A stretch of 64,000 bases of DNA, from the NCBI RefSeq assembly GCF_001194135.2, contig NC_068985.1, positions 24,698,773-24,762,772 of the forward strand, read 5' to 3'. A model generated the notes under the pieces. That model searched no databases. It saw nothing but the letters and a program-made list of their open reading frames with translations, and had not been told where the DNA came from. Shown here piece after piece: positions 62,146 through 64,000 of the stretch; the stretch's first letter is position 1; the number at the start of each line of letters is the position of its first letter. The DNA comes from Octopus bimaculoides. Lineage: Eukaryota. A program made the translations under genes and the position numbers.

Positions 62146-62696
62146 AAGAGAGAATGAAATGAGGGGTTAAGAAAGAAAGGCTCAAGTGTCAGAAATAGAG
62201 GAGTGAGAGAAATCAGAAAAAAGGTGGAACTTAAGAAAGAAGATGGTAAGAGAAAGGGAATTATATACAGAGAGAGATGGAGAGAGGTAAGGAATAAAGA
62301 TAGAGAGAAAGATAAGATGTGTGTGTGTGTGTTTTTATTACATGCATACATTTCTATATTTGCATGTGCAAACATGGAATGTGAGATATGAGAGGTACAA
62401 AGATGATACTGGGTGCGAATATGTGTGTACGCGCAAAAAAATGAGAGTGTATTTATGTGTATGCGTGTGGGTGTGTGAGTGAAAATTAGAGAGGCATGTG
62501 AAGATATAATAACACCAATATCAGTTAGACTGGAAGAAAGAAACAATGTATTTAGTGCATGATATTGTAAAAATTTTGGTACTTACCGAACTGACACCAG
62601 ATGTGATTTTGGCTCCTCCTGGAGCGATACGTTCTGTTGACGTTGTCAAACTAACATTGACACTTGATTCTTCATCACTAGTGGAATCATCATCAT
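552..62696 (-). CDS. ARAP: ARAP-family gene (PH-PH-ArfGAP-ANK-PH-PH...), partial; 25 exons, open at both ends
   Basis: 25 manually spliced GT-AG exons give one stop-free frame with matching phases. Contains PH motifs (SGYLYKQGG..WRKRW; EGYLLKTG..FLRRWCLL) and an ArfGAP C-x2-C-x16-C-x2-C-x4-R motif. The order PH-PH-ArfGAP-ANK-PH-PH is diagnostic of ARAP1/2/3-type proteins. Confidence 0.93.
2016..2124 (-). CDS. ARAP: ARAP exon 24 (K-YKHSFELSTTQNNNRIYQFATDELEEQTKWMQAIAK), PH3 end, phase 2-0
   Basis: tgtcttcag acceptor, gttagt donor; HSFEL...RIY-F...W..AIAK. Confidence 0.96.
3318..3385 (-). CDS. ARAP: ARAP exon 23 (NTAARGSIENTQMLVIQATHTE), PH3, phase 0-2
   Basis: cattttctag acceptor, gtaaat donor; G-I pattern; phase fits neighbours. 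Confidence 0.9.
4846..4907 (-). CDS. ARAP: ARAP exon 22 (D-FLRRWCLLEHGRLSYYADKK), PH3, phase 1-0
   Basis: aattccag acceptor, gtatgt donor; F-RRWC-L..G-LSYY is the ARAP PH3 signature. Confidence 0.96.
5130..5770 (+). mobile_element. Truncated copy of the same RTE family (C-terminus + 3'UTR + tail)
   Basis: LRGKLDIRSIRCRVQERRLHWYG plus the shared UTR. Confidence 0.8.
6469..6531. repeat. (TG)n microsatellite, representative of many (e.g. ~21066, 25026, 39009, 39271, 47617, 59660)
   Basis: Direct reading. Confidence 0.97.
7239..7782 (+). mobile_element. Non-LTR retroelement 3' portion or SINE flanked by (AAT)n on both sides
   Basis: Shares its 3' end (..CACTGCTCTYTCAC-(AAT)n) with copy 25553-25926; 5' ends differ. 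Confidence 0.65.
10395..11485 (-). mobile_element. RTE-clade LINE, 5'-truncated degenerate RT and C-terminal region
   Basis: ORF 10799..11365: RGARQGNNISPKLF, LDVADDI, GLSMNLGKTKVM, CILPVMIYSSETW. Confidence 0.88.
12628..12660 (-). CDS. ARAP: Candidate ARAP cassette microexon, 33 nt (E-KRASVLIKSR), phase 1-1, PH3 beta1-beta2 loop
   Basis: ggttttctccag acceptor, G|gtaagg donor; stop-free in the required frame; no upstream AG for ~190 nt; frame intact with or without it. Confidence 0.7.
13469..15945. repeat. Perfect 87-bp inverted repeat (arms 13469-13555 and 15859-15945)
   Basis: Compared base by base: 87/87 reverse-complement identity. Confidence 0.95.
14548..14640 (+). mobile_element. 5' terminal fragment of the same mariner family
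   Basis: Close match to reverse complement of ~47490-47577 (cagaggggga..aaactacctgcatcaactt..aaagcaggtagtaattttacctt). Confidence 0.65.
17550..17890 (-). mobile_element. LINE (RTE-type) AP-endonuclease fragment
   Basis: EFCDAINLFICNTNFRKP..IDYIFTR..QHRLVISDF endonuclease motifs. Confidence 0.8.
18849..19604. mobile_element. hAT-type non-autonomous element containing a microsatellite and a SINE B insertion
   Basis: TIR cagtggtttccaaat at both ends; decayed 8-bp TSD (5/8 match). Confidence 0.55.
19757..19829 (-). CDS. ARAP: ARAP exon 20 (LALSSKRNGVNYEGYLLKTGVNMK), PH3 beta1, phase 0-1
   Basis: aattacag acceptor, gtaaga donor; EGYL-KTG PH motif. Confidence 0.94.
20059..20456 (-). mobile_element. 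tRNA-head SINE family A, near full-length representative; inserted in a TTAA/CCCT-ended MITE (~19917-20528)
   Basis: Head GGAGTGGCTGTGTGGTAAG..GGTTCAGTC with A/B-box-like motifs, central CACCTTGGGCAAGTG, internal (CA/TA)n. Other copies at ~14770, 30780, 36500, 39100, 40445, 44408, 52985, 60725, 63650. Confidence 0.85.
21106..21760. other. Assembly gap (others: 304-448, 10037-10112, 22148-22157, 32610-32779, 37831-37840)
   Basis: N runs, mostly bounded by microsatellites. Confidence 0.99.
23005..23039 (-). CDS. ARAP: ARAP exon 19, 35 nt (R-KMSSQQESGDE), linker, phase 1-0
   Basis: ttttttcag acceptor with strong T tract, gtaaac donor; restores frame between exons 18 and 20. Confidence 0.8.
23915..24218 (+). 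mobile_element. RTE 3'UTR-derived short element ending in (GAT)n, representative
   Basis: Matches the 3'UTR of the RTE at 48244-48830; further copies at ~1450, 17070, 17920, 31355, 34630, 37575, 51165, 57490, 63110. Confidence 0.85.
24312..24339 (-). CDS. ARAP: ARAP exon 18, 28 nt (EFLLQNQCE), phase 0-1
   Basis: ctgtttgcag acceptor, gtaagt donor; completes LQ-x-EFL..N motif. Confidence 0.9.
25553..25926 (+). mobile_element. Second, shorter copy of the (AAT)n-flanked element
   Basis: Colinear with ~7460-7782; triplicated ggggagcgtcatgg-like unit at the 5' junction. Confidence 0.65.
25975..26700 (-). mobile_element. Helitron RepHel relic, internally deleted
   Basis: One frame with one stop: AFNYDP..IG.M..C..CC.G..HFLKNIRDYNSAFQMTSFG joined to MGG..LSGDFRQKLPV..ACIKSSHLW (PIF1-type helicase motif). 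Confidence 0.88.
27284..27324 (-). CDS. ARAP: ARAP exon 17, 41 nt (A-YQLAKSSGQRLQI), ankyrin-like, phase 1-0
   Basis: attccag acceptor, gtaagt donor; A..GQ.LQ motif. Confidence 0.92.
27854..28012. mobile_element. hAT-type MITE
   Basis: Ends cagtcatgagcaaact / aggttgcccatgcctg; 8-bp flanks tttttaac and ttttagac (6/8 match). Confidence 0.6.
28274..28310 (-). CDS. ARAP: ARAP exon 16, 37 nt (INYYSPNNPNMT), phase 0-1
   Basis: long T tract + cag acceptor, gtaata donor; supplies the phase 0-1 link required between exons 15 and 17. Confidence 0.85.
28380..28860. repeat. Degenerate ~26-31-nt tandem repeat with TCTAGAAC core
   Basis: tctagaa-like cores at ~28402, 28510, 28535, 28562, 28643, 28669, 28695, 28724, 28751, 28782. 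Confidence 0.55.
29210..29278 (-). CDS. ARAP: ARAP exon 15 (ALLKAAQDDDILKTMRILYSGAD), ankyrin-like, phase 0-0
   Basis: ctattatag acceptor, gtaagt donor; AL..A...D...T..L..GAD. Confidence 0.93.
29668..30315 (+). repeat. 25-bp minisatellite, ~26 units (gccggtgacacatcacagcacccgt), expanded from an RTE 3'UTR unit
   Basis: Tandem units run directly into the agcacccactacact..ggagtggttggcattaggaagg UTR segment (to ~30446). Confidence 0.93.
30496..30678 (-). CDS. ARAP: ARAP exon 14 (LLLRIGNENANNFWEF...ERKLFIENKYKNKAFVNYYHCYKNHEELNE), ArfGAP C-terminal part, phase 0-0
   Basis: tttgcag acceptor, gtaagt donor; GN..AN.FW and R..FI..KY ArfGAP motifs; lies within ORF 30409..30684. Confidence 0.96.
32429..33015. 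repeat. (GAGAGAGAGACT)n-type compound microsatellite interrupted by gap 32610-32779
   Basis: Visible GA/GACT periodicity. Confidence 0.95.
33136..33209 (-). CDS. ARAP: ARAP exon 13 (G-IHRDFNIVKSMTLDVKVWTTSLIE), ArfGAP catalytic Arg, phase 1-0
   Basis: ttcttcag acceptor, gtaagt donor; G-HR and S-LD-KVW motifs. Confidence 0.95.
34221..34274 (-). CDS. ARAP: ARAP exon 12 (E-PTWAAIDLGMVFCLKCS), ArfGAP zinc finger second half, phase 1-1
   Basis: ttgcttcag acceptor, gtgaga donor; P-W-A...LG...C..C. Confidence 0.95.
35458..35518 (-). CDS. ARAP: ARAP exon 11 (IARKIWENNSNKHCADCGME), ArfGAP zinc finger first half, phase 0-1
   Basis: aatttcag acceptor, gtaaga donor; N..CADC motif. Confidence 0.95.
35943..36070. 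mobile_element. Palindromic TA-flanked MITE (hairpin)
   Basis: 56-bp arms 35945-36000 and 36013-36068 with 4 mismatches, 12-nt loop, TA at both flanks. Confidence 0.7.
37059..37143 (-). CDS. ARAP: ARAP exon 10 (N-MVFDNPQETKEWKLVLTNAIDSALVDLQ), PH2 helix, phase 2-0
   Basis: ctttttccag acceptor, gtgaaa donor; E..EW...AI..AL helix. Confidence 0.92.
38435..38541 (-). CDS. ARAP: ARAP exon 9 (DYEIASPIHEIDMKLAAVKELARNKLQLCTHYCNI), PH2, phase 0-2
   Basis: ttgctgcag acceptor, gtaagt donor; IDM..VKE..R...L.T.Y pattern of ARAP PH2. Confidence 0.92.
38723..38806 (-). CDS. ARAP: ARAP exon 8 (GIIKFETERAKVFVALKGSILCYYHNQR), PH2, phase 0-0
   Basis: tttgacag acceptor, gtagtt donor; PH2 strands. Confidence 0.9.
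39374..39427 (-). CDS. ARAP: ARAP exon 7 (PPANGFAAGGSMSYPDKK), PH1-PH2 linker, phase 0-0
   Basis: atttcaacag acceptor, gtaagt donor; leads into PDK-K-G start of PH2. Confidence 0.88.
39674..39889. mobile_element. piggyBac-type MITE (TTAA|CCCT...AGGG|TTAA)
   Basis: TTAA on both sides, imperfect short TIR; related copy at ~19917-20528. Confidence 0.55.
40884..40936 (-). CDS. ARAP: ARAP exon 6 (D-DNILWCSTLIEAIHKYR), PH1 C-terminal helix, phase 1-0
   Basis: ttgtttcag acceptor, gtaaag donor; conserved helix Trp. Confidence 0.92.
41640..43146 (+). mobile_element. Merlin (IS1595/ISXO2-like) DNA transposon relic with 22-bp terminal inverted repeats
   Basis: ~41960-42565 translates with stops to KVGGTEKIVVIDET..WVFGGVCR..VPYRNRDTL..VNHS..FV..GTHT..VESMW..YL..FMW (ISXO2 DDE). 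IRs at 41640-41661 and 43125-43146 match at 21/22. Internal ~70-bp tandem repeats at ~42590-42850. Confidence 0.88.
47063..47577 (-). mobile_element. Mariner transposon 5' relic (N-terminal HTH part of transposase, with stops and frameshifts)
   Basis: Translates to ...PGRSVELNEVVLQTLVEQNP..TIEELAEKLGFGHSTIHQYLRAIGKVGKLGQWVPHKPSE (WVPH motif); degenerate ATG near 47446. Confidence 0.88.
48244..49530 (-). mobile_element. RTE-clade LINE 3' end with long 3'UTR and (GAT)n tail
   Basis: FRYLGDQ..RIRIAWAKFRELLPLL..SETWAV..RRLRW..GRGRSRKTWDEVV..EKTRQAK*, then a UTR with 25-bp units ending in gttaaacgacgatgatgat. Confidence 0.9.
51612..51678 (-). CDS. ARAP: ARAP exon 5 (ETQYKFILKTKYRNFLFYADTL), PH1, phase 0-1
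   Basis: cattgcag acceptor, gtaata donor; F-L-T..R-F-F-A beta6/7 pattern. Confidence 0.92.
54978..55140 (-). mobile_element. Penelope-like element C-terminal (GIY-YIG-associated) fragment
   Basis: PYQGQCLACKLCLKEAFHIL..LLNKYNEALSTCNH resembles the C.LC..E...I....LNK..E....C.H terminus of PLE ORFs. Confidence 0.65.
55543..55605 (-). CDS. ARAP: ARAP exon 4 (TQISKRIIPVSCMQDVQQDIK), PH1, phase 0-0
   Basis: tttttaag acceptor, gtaaat donor; SKRII matches ARAP PH1. Confidence 0.92.
58375..58453 (-). CDS. ARAP: ARAP exon 3 (G-VQGNKGWRKRWVIFNGSDLRYYVNPK), PH1, phase 2-0
   Basis: ttacttcag acceptor, gtaata donor; WRKRW-V-F...L-YY PH signature with basic K..R-x-R phosphoinositide motif. Confidence 0.95.
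59865..59908 (-). CDS. ARAP: ARAP exon 2 (PRSSERSGYLYKQG), PH1 beta1, phase 0-2
   Basis: ttctctcctag acceptor, gtgagt donor; PH GYLYKQG motif. Confidence 0.93.
60865..61102 (+). mobile_element. tRNA-head SINE family B, CpG-rich copy nested in a family A SINE
   Basis: B-box GAGTTCAAATTCC; 15-bp TSD agaaactgaaagaaa at 60850-60864 and 61103-61117. Other copies at ~2270-2640, 7800, 9170, 19100, 20570, 20770, 26935, 33555, 53685. Confidence 0.88.
62587..62696 (-). CDS. ARAP: ARAP exon 1 in window (DDDDSTSDEESSVNVSLTTSTERIAPGGAKITSGVSS), phase 1-0
   Basis: ttccag acceptor, gtaagt donor; open frame; phase fits next exon; low-complexity linker so no domain support. Confidence 0.8.
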
Positions 62697-64000
62697 CTGG
62701 AATATTCAAAAGAAACAAAAATTTTAATTACTAAAAACGCAAGAAAAATTTATGAAAGATTTTTTTATTTTTGTTTTCTTTTTCTTTTTGTTTTATTTTT
62801 GTTTTTGTCCCCTGCCTCCACTTTACAACCAGCATTAGTGTGTTTATTTCCCAGTAATTTAGCAGTGTGGCAAAAGATACCAACAGGATATGTTCAACTA
62901 AATTTTTCAAGGCGATACCTCAGCATGGCTACTATCTAATGAAAGAAACAACTAAAAGATAACAGAAAAATTAAAAACCGCTCAACTGAGAAATAATATT
63001 CAGGGTAGTGAGGGTGGATATGATGAATTTAAGCTGTGATTTCTTTTACAACACCCTTCAAACTTTGGGCCTCACAGAGGAAGTGGCAAATGACCAACAC
63101 CTTTGGCAGTATACCATACTTGAGAAGACTTGTCAAGCCAAGTGAGATTGTAGTCATGACCAATGCCGGTGCTTTGTAACTGGCACCCATGCCAGTGGCA
63201 TATGAAAAGCACCCACTACACTCTTGGAGTGGTTGGTGTTAGGAAAGGCATCCAGTTATAGAAACCATGCCAAAACAGACAATGGAGCCGGGTGCAGTCT
63301 TCTGCCTTACCAGCTCCTGTCAAACCATCCAACCCATGCCAGCATGGAAAACAGATGTTAAATGATGACGATGAGGACACATATATATAGAGGAGTAGAT
63401 GAAACAGGAACAACTGACGAAGGAGTATACTCTTTATGTTGCATGTCTCGTTTCTCTGATTTTTTCATTCGAAAAAAGTTTGTTTTCTATGTTTTCATTT
63501 TTATGTTTTCATTTCTCATTGTGTTTAAGGTTTTTTTATGTCCTGTTCCCATATATGCATGTATGTATACATATAGATGTAGGTATGTACATATATGTAT
63601 GGATATATGCATATATCTATATATTATTTATATATTATATATATATTACTCTCTTTACTTGTTTCAGTCATTTGACTGTGGCCATGCTGGAGCACTGCCT
63701 TTTTAGTCAAGCAAATCGACCCCCAGGACTTATTCTTTGAAAGCCTAGTACTTATTCTATCGGTCTCTTTTTGCTGAACCACTAAGTTATGGGGATGTAA
63801 ACACACCACCATCCGTTGTCAAGCGATGTTGGGGGACAAACACACACACACACACACAAATATATATATACATATATACGATGGGTTTCTTTCAGTTTCC
63901 ATTTACCAAATCCATTCACAAGGCTTTGGTCAGCCAGAGGCCATAGTAGAAGACACTTGCCCAAGGTGCCATGCAGTGGGACTGAACCCGGAACCATGTG

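Noticed and set aside
61950-62546. 198-aa hydrophobic ORF on the minus strand
   Set aside because: Low-complexity CT-rich intronic sequence read through from microsatellites; no domain or splice support.
62521-62718. ORF-track start MFLLNIP as the gene start
   Set aside because: Only 62587-62696 is bounded by splice sites; the Met lies in the polypyrimidine tract, and the gene's 5' end is outside the window.

Overview
AT-rich animal genomic DNA with six N-gaps, dense microsatellites, tRNA-head SINEs and RTE LINE remnants. The repeat repertoire looks cephalopod (Octopus-like); that assignment is an inference. The whole window lies inside one minus-strand gene, an ARAP-family (ArfGAP with RhoGAP, ankyrin and PH domains) gene that the ORF track almost entirely misses. 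By hand I assembled 25 GT-AG exons (62696->552, 1760 nt, ~587 codons) with consistent phases and no stops. They encode an acidic linker, PH1, PH2, ArfGAP zinc finger, ankyrin-like segment, PH3 and the start of PH4; the gene continues beyond both ends. Introns hold Merlin, mariner, Helitron, Penelope-like, RTE and MITE relics. The best leads are three. First, a frame-symmetric 33-nt candidate cassette microexon (EKRASVLIKSR) in the PH3 beta1-beta2 loop, preceded by a ~190-nt AG-free zone. Second, a perfect 87-bp inverted repeat 2.3 kb apart in the intron upstream of it. Third, a non-LTR-type element that sits twice inside (TAA)n microsatellites. No prokaryote-type system (CRISPR, operon) is present.
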